A stretch of 39,868 nt of DNA from a virus (taxonomy: Duplodnaviria; Caudoviricetes). The first letter of the stretch is position 1; every line of letters begins with the position of its first letter. Shown here one piece after another: positions 31,655 to 39,868 of this stretch. The position numbers and the translations under genes were made by a program. The notes below the pieces were generated by a model. That model ran no database searches. It was not told where the DNA came from and saw only the letters and a list, made by a program, of their open reading frames with translations. The stretch is from the IMG/VR virus record IMGVR_UViG_3300023267_000005, positions 1-39,868 of that record; one strand, 5' to 3'.

Positions 31655-32116
31655 TCAGTCCTCGTCCGCGTACAGGCGAGCTCGCACGGTGAACGTCAGC
31701 CCGAACCGGGCCGCGCGCGTGGTGCTGTTCTCGCCGATGGGCCCGCCGATGTAGGCCCAGGCCGTGAGCTCGATCCACTCGATGGCGTCGATGGTGCGCG
31801 GGGTCTCGGCGACTTCCTTCTGCACCTCGCGCAGCAACTCGACCGCGCGCAGGTCCGCGGCCTGCTGGTCGCGGCCGTCCTGGCACAGGACCTGAACCAC
31901 CATGCCGAGCGAATACGTCTCGTCGACGTCGCGCTCACCGGCCTGGATGTGCGGCAGGGTGTTGTCGCCCTCGGCCTGGTCGTCGAACCACAGCGCGTCG
32001 GGCGCCAGCTCGGTGGCCGGTTTGTCGTACGCCACCTGCACATCGGCCAGGCCTGGCCGGTCTTGCAGCCGGGCGAGCAGGCCGATGCGCAGGGCGATGA
32101 GCGAGGTACCGCGCAT
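31655..32116 (-). CDS. Putative tail terminator
   Basis: Size, synteny and acidic beta-rich pattern; GGAGG RBS. Confidence 0.65.
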   Translation of the reverse strand: MRGTSLIALRIGLLARLQDRPGLADVQVAYDKPATELAPDALWFDDQAEGDNTLPHIQAGERDVDETYSLGMVVQVLCQDGRDQQAADLRAVELLREVQKEVAETPRTIDAIEWIELTAWAYIGGPIGENSTTRAARFGLTFTVRARLYADED

Positions 32117-32131
32117 CTCGGGACCTCCCGG

Positions 32132-32758
32132 TCACATCGGCAGTGGGTCCTGGATTTCGTCCGGGAACATCTGGCGGACCGCCTTGGGCATCGCGAAGGT
32201 CGGGAAGCTCGCGAACGGGATGTCAAACTCGCCCTGTGTGGCAGTCGTGTCCTCCATCGAGCGCCAGGCGTTGAGGAGGATCAGGCCGACCGCGCGCTTG
32301 TGCTTCGGCCGGACCGACGCGGTGTCGGCGAACCGGCCGGCCACGTAGGTGACCTCGACGTTGTTGCGGCCGCGGGCCCAACTCGCGTCGAGACCGCCGA
32401 CCCGCCGGTGCAGCTCGCACCCGAGGAACCGCGGGTCGTACTCGTAGGGCTCGGCCACGTAGCCGTCGCTGGGGTTGCCGTTGGTCTCGGCCACCAGCTC
32501 GTACGGCGTCGAGCCGCTGTACTCGACCACCGACGTGACCGAGGTGTTGGGGTGGTAGCGCAGGAACAGGGTCGTCTCACCGCGGCCGGTGAGGTGCTCG
32601 ACGACCGTGCGGCACACGACGGGGCCGATCAGGTCGTCGAGCATCTCCGAGGCCGCAGTGATCCACGAGGCGAGCGTTGCCTCGTCGAGGCTGGCCACGT
32701 GCTTGCGTAGCGCGGCCTTGCCCTCGGCGAGGGTGAGTACGTCGATCACGTCCGCCAT
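32132..32758 (-). CDS. Head-to-tail adaptor
   Basis: LTLAEGKAALR...WITAAS..LD...VEVTYVAG gp6/gp15-like pattern. Confidence 0.8.
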   Translation of the reverse strand: MADVIDVLTLAEGKAALRKHVASLDEATLASWITAASEMLDDLIGPVVCRTVVEHLTGRGETTLFLRYHPNTSVTSVVEYSGSTPYELVAETNGNPSDGYVAEPYEYDPRFLGCELHRRVGGLDASWARGRNNVEVTYVAGRFADTASVRPKHKRAVGLILLNAWRSMEDTTATQGEFDIPFASFPTFAMPKAVRQMFPDEIQDPLPM

Positions 32759-32772
32759 CGCGGCACCTCCGG

Positions 32773-33039
32773 TCAGCAGGCGATCGAGGCCAGGGCACCG
32801 GCGCCGGTCAGGGTGGCGTGGATGCCACCGGGGAAGATCGCTCCACCGAGCGGAACCACCGTGGTGGTCTGCACCGGCGCCTTGACGGTCAGCAGCACGT
32901 CGCCGGTGCCGTCGCTGCCACCGCGGAGCTCGACCGTCGCGGCCGCGGCCGCCGCGGTGAGCACCACGGTGCGCACGTAGCTGGTCGCGGTCTCCACCGC
33001 ACCGGTCGCCGAGACCTGCCTGATGGTCGAGGCGTTCAC
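32773..33039 (-). CDS. Small virion-associated protein
   Basis: GTGA coupling at 33036-33039; Thr/Ala/Gly beta-rich. Confidence 0.65.
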   Translation of the reverse strand: MNASTIRQVSATGAVETATSYVRTVVLTAAAAAATVELRGGSDGTGDVLLTVKAPVQTTTVVPLGGAIFPGGIHATLTGAGALASIAC

Positions 33040-33410
33040 CGGCCTGCGCCTCGCGGCTTGCGCAGCGGCTTGGCGGCCGCCGGTGCGGGCTCGACCACGG
33101 GCTCGTCGACGGGCTCGTCCTCGACCGGTTCCGGGGACGGGTCGACCACGGCCGGGTGCTCGGCGAGCCACTCGGCGTGCAGCTCGTAGGCCTGCTCGAC
33201 GAGCTCGGGGGTGAGGTCCTCGCCGAGGGCCTGGTCCTCCTCGTCGCCGACCTCGATCGTCAGCAGGGTGCCAGGCGAGTCACGCTCGACCCACTCGGCG
33301 TCGGGCTGGTCCAGCGCGACCACGTCGCCCTGCTCCCAGGGGCCGAACGTCTTGCCGTCGCGGCTGGCGGTGTAGCGGTGTCCGACCTCGTAGAAGTCCT
33401 CCACGGTCAC
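33036..33410 (-). CDS. Acidic hypothetical head-module protein
   Basis: GTGA coupling at 33407-33410. Confidence 0.65.
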   Translation of the reverse strand: MTVEDFYEVGHRYTASRDGKTFGPWEQGDVVALDQPDAEWVERDSPGTLLTIEVGDEEDQALGEDLTPELVEQAYELHAEWLAEHPAVVDPSPEPVEDEPVDEPVVEPAPAAAKPLRKPRGAGR

Positions 33411-33865
33411 ACCCCCTCGATGTGCACGAGGACCCACACCGTGACCACGATGTCCGCGGTGACCGGCGCCCAGGTGCCATCGGTGGTGATCCGGCAGGCC
33501 ACCCGGTCACCGGCCACGCCGGTGTCGGCGCCACGGTTCTGGGTGGACCTGGTGGACTGGGTGGTCGTGCCGTCGAGGGCCGCGGTCAGGCCGGTGGCCG
33601 TCGCGTTCACGAGCGGCTCGACGGTGGCCGTACCGGCAGCGCGTGCGGCCGAGGACCTGGCCGAGACTCCGATGATCTCGAAGTCCCAGGGGATCACGTA
33701 CGAGTCGACCGCGTTCTGGTCGTCGGTGGTGGCCGCGGTATCGCGGACCTCGGCGACGGTGAGCGCGGCGTTGGTCTGGCTCGCCGCGACGTCGGACTGC
33801 ATGAACTGGAGCGCGACCAGTTGCCCTTTGGCAATGATCCGCTCAAGTTGGCTGGCACGAGACAT
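33407..33865 (-). CDS. Putative capsid decoration protein
   Basis: Directly after the MCP; beta-rich; ATG 33865 with GGAGGGA RBS. Confidence 0.6.
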   Translation of the reverse strand: MSRASQLERIIAKGQLVALQFMQSDVAASQTNAALTVAEVRDTAATTDDQNAVDSYVIPWDFEIIGVSARSSAARAAGTATVEPLVNATATGLTAALDGTTTQSTRSTQNRGADTGVAGDRVACRITTDGTWAPVTADIVVTVWVLVHIEGV

Positions 33866-33889
33866 GTCTCGGTGTCCCTCCAAGTAGGA

Positions 33890-33918
33890 GGGCCAGGCCC
33901 CCAGCGGGGGCCTGGCCC
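33890..33918. promoter_or_regulatory. Perfect 13-bp hairpin after the capsid gene
   Basis: gggccaggccccc-agc-gggggcctggccc. Confidence 0.6.
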
Positions 33919-33931
33919 AGAGCGGATCAGG

Positions 33932-35458
33932 TCAGTTGTCGATGTTGTAGAGCGTGGCCACCGACTCGATGCCGGACGCGGCACCGGTCGGGGTGAACCG
34001 ACCCATCCCGAGTCGCAGCGACAGCACGATGCGGGTCTGGTCGGAACCGGGCAGCCGCTCGGTCTCGACCTGAATGCGACGGCGCCAGCCGACCGCGAAA
34101 CCGCGGCGGTTGAACGAGGTGAGCTGACCCTTGACGTTGTTCGCCGGGGTGGTGCTCACCTTGCCGTCAGCCTCGGTCTTGGGCGCGGCGATCGTCGAGA
34201 TCAGCGGGTTGCCCAGCAGGCGCGCGACTTCACCGTTGTGGACGGTCGCACCGGCGCCGTACTTGTCGACGGTGAGGACCTCGTCGAGCAGCGCGAGCCG
34301 GTCGGCGGTGTCGGTGTCGGCGATGTGCACCAGGTCGTCGGCGCTGACCGGGTGGCCCCAGTCGACCAGGTTGGTGCGGTCGACCATGAGGCCGCGCTGT
34401 GCCTGGATCTTGGCCAGGGTCAGCGCGCCACCCACGTTGGTGGCGTTGTTGGTGTTGTCGACCAGCGCGGCGTGCCGGATGCCGTCCAGCGCGAGGTAGT
34501 GCTTGGTGTCGGCCGGGTCGGCATCGTCGAGGTTGATGTTGCCGGTGCCCGCGTTCGTGGTGTCGCCGTTGTACACCAGCGAGTCGCTGTAGTGCGCGAC
34601 CGACAGCGCGGCCTGCCGACGCAGGAACGGAACGAACGGAATGAGGCTGTCCTCTTCCATCTCGCCCGAGTACATCTGGTGGATCACGAACTTCTTGGCG
34701 TCGACCTGCACGCGGTTCGAGCCGGTCTTCACCGTGCCGTAGTTCGCGCTGTTGTTGGCCACGCTCTCCGAGACGTAGAGCATCTCGGGGATGTCGACCT
34801 CGACCGGGAGGTAGCTCGTGGGGTGCTGCATCTCGAAGCTCGACAGGAGCGGGAAGATCTTGCCGAGCGCGCGGGGCGCCTCCCACAGCTCACCGACGTA
34901 CTGGGCGCCGACGAGCTGGGCGCCGTAGCCCGACTCGGCGGTGTCCATCGCGCGGATCGCGGCCTGGTAGGCGCCGGTGAGCTCCCATCGGCCGTTCGCC
35001 GCGAGCTCGCGGTCGCGGCCGTGGAACTCGGTCAGCGCCAGCCGCGGGAACACGTCGTCGATGGCGCTCTTGTCGATCTCGCGAACCTTGTCCATCGGCA
35101 GGTAGCGAGCGTGGCTGATCGCCTCGAACGTGCGCGACAGCTCCTCGGACGGGCCGGGGTGGACGCCACCGCGCTTGCGCGGCTGGCCAGCCTGGCTCGT
35201 CATGAGGTCGTGCAGGAACTCGACGTCGGACACGGTCAGCCCGTACCGGGCGTACTTGGTGCCCACGAGCGGCCGGTCGGCGGGGGAGTTGCCGAAGCGG
35301 ATCTTGCGGATGAACTCGGGGTCCTGCTCGATGAGGGTGTCCAGGCTGGTGCGGATGAGCTCCTGGAGACGCTCGTCCGACACCGACTCGTCGACGGCGT
35401 CCATGCGCTGCCGAACCTCGGTGGCCAGGTCGTTGAGGGTGACCTCGGGTGCCGTCAT
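33932..35458 (-). CDS. Major capsid protein (HK97 fold, long N-terminal scaffold/delta region)
   Basis: 508 aa after the protease; G..LV...Y..E, V.E, NGD..N.G...DGI and G....LLG.P patterns. Confidence 0.9.
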   Translation of the reverse strand: MTAPEVTLNDLATEVRQRMDAVDESVSDERLQELIRTSLDTLIEQDPEFIRKIRFGNSPADRPLVGTKYARYGLTVSDVEFLHDLMTSQAGQPRKRGGVHPGPSEELSRTFEAISHARYLPMDKVREIDKSAIDDVFPRLALTEFHGRDRELAANGRWELTGAYQAAIRAMDTAESGYGAQLVGAQYVGELWEAPRALGKIFPLLSSFEMQHPTSYLPVEVDIPEMLYVSESVANNSANYGTVKTGSNRVQVDAKKFVIHQMYSGEMEEDSLIPFVPFLRRQAALSVAHYSDSLVYNGDTTNAGTGNINLDDADPADTKHYLALDGIRHAALVDNTNNATNVGGALTLAKIQAQRGLMVDRTNLVDWGHPVSADDLVHIADTDTADRLALLDEVLTVDKYGAGATVHNGEVARLLGNPLISTIAAPKTEADGKVSTTPANNVKGQLTSFNRRGFAVGWRRRIQVETERLPGSDQTRIVLSLRLGMGRFTPTGAASGIESVATLYNIDN

Positions 35459-36294
35459 GACGTGGTGCCTCCTGCGGTGAAAGCTGCGAGGAGGTCCTGC
35501 GCAGCAACGGGGTCGATGGGTGCGGGTTGGGTGCGGACGGCGTCGACGTCGGCCTCGGCCTCGGGGGCCTGGCCCTCGTCGACGGGCGCGGCCTCGACGG
35601 CCTTGGGGGCCTCTGCGGCCGCGCGCTCGAACGCCTTGGCGATCGAGACGGACAGGGCGAGCGGGTTCGCCGAGCGGGCGAGCTCGTCGGACACGCGGAC
35701 GGTCAGCCAGGCCGAGGCCTCGTCATGCTCGATCTCGACGGGCACGACCAGCGCGGCCAGCTCGGGCGCGGCGAGCGCGCGGGACCAGGCCGAGCGGCCG
35801 CCGGTGACAACGGCGTCGGGGTCCATCGGGATGGGGACACACGACAGCTCGGTGAGTTCCCACTCCTGGGCAACGCCACCGGTCCAGTAGGAGCCCTTGC
35901 CGTCCTCCCAGGCCCAGACGTTGAAACCGATCGACACCGCGTTCAGGAAACCGGCGCGGTACTTGGCTTCCACCTTGCGGGCGAACTCGTCGTCCTGGTC
36001 GAAAACGGCGTCGATGAACAACTGGTCGCCGACCACCGAGGTGTTCTCGCCGCGGGCGATCGGCAGGCCGTCACGGCCCCAGTACGAGTGGTTGTAGCCC
36101 ACGACCGGGTTCGCGCGGTACCGCTCCAGTCGGGCCCCGCTCATGCGGAGGTCGATGCCGTCGCGCATCTGCCCTTCGTTCGCGGCCACGAACCGGATCG
36201 GGTCGCCGGGCTGCCCAGGGGCCGCGGCATCCCGCACGACGTAGGCGCGGGTGTAGGCGAGCGCGGCTGGTGCCTGCTCCGGTGGTGCCGTCAC
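35455..36294 (-). CDS. HK97-family prohead protease
   Basis: NPVVGYNH, GFLNAVSIGF, ELTELSCVPIPMDPDA; GTG 36294 coupled to the portal stop. Confidence 0.9.
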   Translation of the reverse strand: MTAPPEQAPAALAYTRAYVVRDAAAPGQPGDPIRFVAANEGQMRDGIDLRMSGARLERYRANPVVGYNHSYWGRDGLPIARGENTSVVGDQLFIDAVFDQDDEFARKVEAKYRAGFLNAVSIGFNVWAWEDGKGSYWTGGVAQEWELTELSCVPIPMDPDAVVTGGRSAWSRALAAPELAALVVPVEIEHDEASAWLTVRVSDELARSANPLALSVSIAKAFERAAAEAPKAVEAAPVDEGQAPEAEADVDAVRTQPAPIDPVAAQDLLAAFTAGGTTS

Positions 36295-37685
36295 GGGTCC
36301 TCCTCGGGAGGGTCGAACGCGCGCAGCAGCGCGCGGGCCTCGTCTTCGGGGACTACCTCGGCGTCGATGACGTCGGGGGCCTGGCCCTCGTCGGCGGGGT
36401 CGAGAGTGGTCGGGGATGTGTCGCCCTGGGGCTTGCTGTCGCCGTCGACGACGGCGGCCTTGTTGACCGGCGCCCACCAGACGTCGCCCCACGGAACCGG
36501 TGGCAGGCCCTGCTTTTTCCGCCACTCGTTGATCGTTATGCCGCCCACTTCGATGGCGCCGCGGTCGCGGTCCCAGGCTTCCGAGCGGGACTTCTGCAAC
36601 GCGGGTACGCGGGACAGGTCGAACTCGACGTAGTCGGCTCGCGGCTTGCCGCGGCGCCGCGCGGGGAACATCGGCAGGAACTGCTCGCGGACGTCGGCCG
36701 CGCGGAGCTCCAGATCCGGCACGAGAGCGTGCTCCCAGAGCCCCGTCTGTAGCTCGCGCAGGTTCGCCAGGGTGGCGTGCTGCAAGTCGTTCAGCAGCGC
36801 GCTGGACACGCCGTAGGCGTTGTAGACCATGCGGCCTGTGGCGCCCAGGCCCCCGAGGAACTCGGCATCCTTGGGGGTGATGTTGGCGGGCTGGAACTGG
36901 GCCTCGTAGCGGAGGACCGCCCACCGGTGAGCGCGGTCGGCGCCACCGAACCGGCGGTGTAGATCGCCCTCCAACTTGCGGGCCTGCTCGGGGCTGAACG
37001 TCTTGTCCCCCTTGGGGGCGATGACGCCAGCGATCTGGAGCCCCTCTTTGTGAAGGGACATGTTGGACTTCATCATCGCGCTCGCGCTGTCGGCGGCCAG
37101 GCGGGCCGCGGCGAGCGGACTCAGCGGACTGAACTCGTCGAGCGGGTTCGGGTAGCGCTGCCACACGACCTCGTCAGCGTCGAACCAAATCCGTTGCGCG
37201 CCAATCGTTGGCGTGTACCAGAACCCCTTGAGGTACTTGTCAGCGTCCGGCACCGGCTGCACCCGCGACGGCTTCATCCACCAGATCTCTTTAGGCACGC
37301 CAAGAGGTGACTTCTCGATCGCCCAGTAGGACGCGCCCCAGACCCCCATCGCCAATTCGTCCATCCGGGCGAGCCGGACGTCGGACCAAAAGGGATTGAC
37401 GTAGCGCAGCAGCTTGGCGGCCTCGCCGTCGACTTCGAGCTTGTCCTCGGCGCTGCCGATGTAGGTCTTGAGCTTGACGCTGCTGGCCAGCCGCGAGCGC
37501 AGCGTGACGGCGCTGAACACCTCGTTGCTGGTGACCAGGTAGTCGCCGTACTCCTCGGGCGAGAACTGGGTCGAATCGTGGCCGTGAGCGGCCTCGTACG
37601 GCTCGACCACACCGGTGCCTACCGGCCAGGCCCGCTCGGCCCCGCCACCGGCGAGCACGTTCTCGATGCGGTCCACGAGGTCCAT
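36291..37685 (-). CDS. Portal protein (HK97 family)
   Basis: G.SYW.I, PSRV, YPNPLD...LSPL, DAEF, YGV and TINE.R...GLPP portal motifs. Confidence 0.95.
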   Translation of the reverse strand: MDLVDRIENVLAGGGAERAWPVGTGVVEPYEAAHGHDSTQFSPEEYGDYLVTSNEVFSAVTLRSRLASSVKLKTYIGSAEDKLEVDGEAAKLLRYVNPFWSDVRLARMDELAMGVWGASYWAIEKSPLGVPKEIWWMKPSRVQPVPDADKYLKGFWYTPTIGAQRIWFDADEVVWQRYPNPLDEFSPLSPLAAARLAADSASAMMKSNMSLHKEGLQIAGVIAPKGDKTFSPEQARKLEGDLHRRFGGADRAHRWAVLRYEAQFQPANITPKDAEFLGGLGATGRMVYNAYGVSSALLNDLQHATLANLRELQTGLWEHALVPDLELRAADVREQFLPMFPARRRGKPRADYVEFDLSRVPALQKSRSEAWDRDRGAIEVGGITINEWRKKQGLPPVPWGDVWWAPVNKAAVVDGDSKPQGDTSPTTLDPADEGQAPDVIDAEVVPEDEARALLRAFDPPEEDP

Positions 37686-37909
37686 CAGCTACCCCCGGCA
37701 TCGCCGCGGGCGGTCTGCCAGCCGACGAGGACCGCGGCCACCAGCCACCGGAACACGACCAGGACCAGGGCGACGACGTTGCGCGCGCACCAGCCGAGGA
37801 CGAAGAACGGCACGGCGATGAGGTTCAGCAGCAGGCGACCGAGGCGGACCTTGGCGGCCTGCTCCAAGATCTGCTGTTGGATCTTGTCGACCTGCTGGGT
37901 GGGGGACAT
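37685..37909 (-). CDS. Small membrane protein between terL and portal
   Basis: Hydrophobic helices; GAGGAG RBS; stop overlaps the portal start. Confidence 0.75.
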   Translation of the reverse strand: MSPTQQVDKIQQQILEQAAKVRLGRLLLNLIAVPFFVLGWCARNVVALVLVVFRWLVAAVLVGWQTARGDAGGS

Positions 37910-37922
37910 GGAGATCTCCTCG

Positions 37923-39440
37923 TCAGGCCATGAGGTCGCCCTCGATCACGGTTTCTTCGGGGACCAGGTGGCCGAAGTTGTCGAACCCCCACAGCGCGTT
38001 CACGAACGCGACGAGCGGAGCGATGTCGGTCGTGGCGTTCTTGCGCGCCAGCGCTTTGACCACACCGACCAGGCGCGTGGTGGCACCGGCAACGGCCGTG
38101 TTGAGCGCGGCCTGGTCGAGGTAGCGCAGGTCTTTCGTGTCCGTCAGCGAGGTGACCAGCGCGCTGTAGGCGATACCCACGTCACGCAGGGTCGGGCACT
38201 TGATCGGCACGTTGAGCTGCCGGTCCGCGAGCTTGGCGGTCAGGGGAGCGATCAGCGTTCCGGCCGGTCCGGCAGCGTCGATGACGATCACGCAGATCTC
38301 GTGCTCGACGACGAGCTCGACGATCCGATCGACCATCCACCCGACACCGGTCGAGTGGTGGTCGACGATCTCGCCGTGCAGCAGGTCGTCGAGCCGTCGA
38401 CCCGCGATGGCGATTGCTCCGGACGTTCGTTCGGGCGAGATGTCCGCGGACAGTGCGAGCCGTCCGACCGGGGCCGAACTGGCGTCCATAAAGCTGCGCC
38501 AGATCTCCTCGGGGAACAGGGCCCACAGCTCGTCGTCGGCGGGGTAGTCGCCCACCCCGAGTCGCTCCTGGTTGAACTTCTGGGCCTTCATCGCGTTCAT
38601 CTCGCGCTCGACAAACTGCGGCGTGATGCGGATGCCGAGGGCAGGGTTGGCCCTGGCCCAGGTGCGCGGGTCGTCGCGCCGGTCGTGCTTCCGGCAGCCG
38701 CGGCCGCACTCGTCGGTGCACAGGTCCGCGGACCATTCGAGGTAGCACAGGCCAGGGTCGCCACCGGCGTGGCCGCGCTTGTGCAGGCGGCCGAGCTGCT
38801 CGGACTTCTCGCCGATACCGGCGCTGCCGAGGTACCAGATCTGCGGGTTGGTGCGCGCGCTCAGCGTTGGCAGCAGCGCGGCCACCGGTTCCGCGCTCAG
38901 GATCATCGCCTCGTCGAGGTAGAGGCAGTCACAGGAGAACCCTCGACCGGCCTCGCCGCGGGCCATGAAAAGGAGCCGGTTGCCGTTCTTGAGCTCGATG
39001 CCCTCTTCGGTGTGTGAGTAGCGGATTCCGTTGCGCGCCAACCGTTTGTTCAGGTGTGGCGTGTTCTGGATCAGCTTCACGATGCGGCGCATGGCGTTGC
39101 GCGCGGTTCCGAACTGGTGCGCGGTGTAGATCTGTAGTTCCTCGTCGAGCAGGAACAGACCCGCGAGCTGCCGGGCCTCGATGAGGCCACCCTTGCCGTT
39201 CTGGCGGCTGAGGATGATGGCCACTTCGAGCGCGGTCCACAGACCGTCGGGCTGCTCGCCCATCGCGTCGATCAGCGCGAGCTGCTGCCACTCGTCGAGG
39301 TGCAGGCCTGCCTGTGCGGCCAGGTCGATGGCCTCATAGGCGGTGGCCGTGCTCGTCGACAGCGGAACCGAGATGATCCGCGGCCGCTTGTCACCCAGCA
39401 ACACCGCGCCGTGCAGCTCGCTGGGCTTGGAGTTCGTCAA
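37923..39440 (-). CDS. terL: Terminase large subunit
   Basis: LDEWQ, SRQNGKG Walker A, LYLDEA Walker B, WARANPALG, nuclease D residues. Confidence 0.95.
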   Translation of the reverse strand: MTNSKPSELHGAVLLGDKRPRIISVPLSTSTATAYEAIDLAAQAGLHLDEWQQLALIDAMGEQPDGLWTALEVAIILSRQNGKGGLIEARQLAGLFLLDEELQIYTAHQFGTARNAMRRIVKLIQNTPHLNKRLARNGIRYSHTEEGIELKNGNRLLFMARGEAGRGFSCDCLYLDEAMILSAEPVAALLPTLSARTNPQIWYLGSAGIGEKSEQLGRLHKRGHAGGDPGLCYLEWSADLCTDECGRGCRKHDRRDDPRTWARANPALGIRITPQFVEREMNAMKAQKFNQERLGVGDYPADDELWALFPEEIWRSFMDASSAPVGRLALSADISPERTSGAIAIAGRRLDDLLHGEIVDHHSTGVGWMVDRIVELVVEHEICVIVIDAAGPAGTLIAPLTAKLADRQLNVPIKCPTLRDVGIAYSALVTSLTDTKDLRYLDQAALNTAVAGATTRLVGVVKALARKNATTDIAPLVAFVNALWGFDNFGHLVPEETVIEGDLMA

Positions 39441-39696
39441 CGGGATCGCGCTCCTCTGCCGGTGGCGCGTCCGGCTTGGCGGTGAGCGCGGCTAGAGCGG
39501 TGAGGGTGAAGCGGAGTTCACGCACGGCACCGGCGAGCTGGGCGGGTGAGATCTTGGCGCTCTTGCCGCCGAGATCGATCTTGCGAGCGAGCACCACCGC
39601 GGCGGTGGCCAGGCCCGACGAGGCGAGCACCGGGCCGAGCGCTTCGAGCTGGGCCTTGGTGGCCTGCTCGACGGTGGCTTGGGCCGTTCGGACCAT
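39391..39696 (-). CDS. terS: Terminase small subunit
   Basis: Small helical protein (LAR.ID...ELR.TL...DPVDEL...RAARR) overlapping the terL start. Confidence 0.8.
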   Translation of the reverse strand: MVRTAQATVEQATKAQLEALGPVLASSGLATAAVVLARKIDLGGKSAKISPAQLAGAVRELRFTLTALAALTAKPDAPPAEERDPVDELQAQRAARRGVAG

Positions 39697-39803
39697 TCCG
39701 GCACCCCCAATCTCGATTTTTTTCGGGGCCGCGGGGAGAAAAAAGGGAGAGATAGAGCGAGGTCCCCCAGGCCCAGGTCAGCGTGGATTCAGACCCCTAC
39801 CCC

Positions 39804-39850
39804 CTCTGACCTGCGGTTATGCACCGCCAGGGCTCTGACCTGCGGTTATG
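39804..39850. repeat. 18-bp direct repeat in the presumed cos/packaging region
   Basis: ctctgacctgcggttatg at 39804-39821 and 39833-39850; inverted partial copy (caggtca) at 39774-39780. Confidence 0.75.
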
Positions 39851-39868
39851 TGGCAGGGGGTGGGGGGT

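Noticed and set aside
33422-35890. Long plus-strand ORFs opposite structural genes (for example 822 aa here, 37578-39017, 28001-29302) and the minus-strand ORF 14730-16289
   Set aside because: Antisense shadow ORFs expected in high-GC DNA; the opposite strand carries recognisable genes.
35455-37164. Full-length ORF-track starts for protease (569 aa), recombinase (618 aa), HNH (206 aa) and 11952-14051 (699 aa)
   Set aside because: The N-terminal extensions overlap upstream genes out of frame; coupled or better-placed starts at 36294, 18615, 333 and 12378 fit better.

Overview
This window looks like one essentially complete, probably circular, ~40 kb high-GC actinobacterial temperate siphovirus genome, opened between the HNH gene and terS (the presumed cos region). 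22.1-39.7 kb (minus strand) is an HK97-like virion and lysis module: terS/terL, portal, protease, capsid, neck, tail tube, frameshifted tail chaperone, tape measure, Dit, minor tail proteins, amidase and holin. The other half looks like an actinomycete conjugative plasmid rather than an integrating prophage. It has a plasmid-type HTH Rep protein behind a structured leader, a KorSA/TraR-like GntR-UTRA repressor with tandem palindromic operators at two promoters, a divergent membrane/Spd-like plus TraB (FtsK-like) transfer operon ending in a clt-like inverted repeat, and a Cre-type tyrosine recombinase operon headed by a perfect 17-6-17 lox/dif-like site. I recognised no CI/Cro, classical integrase, ParAB, helicase or polymerase. 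An actinobacterial SOS box sits at the promoter of a Zn-ribbon/HTH gene, which is followed by a lambda pR'/tR'-like promoter-terminator pair. Best reading (inference): a compact conjugative phage-plasmid whose lytic genes may be gated by host LexA. All calls come from manual motif and synteny reading; no database searches were run.
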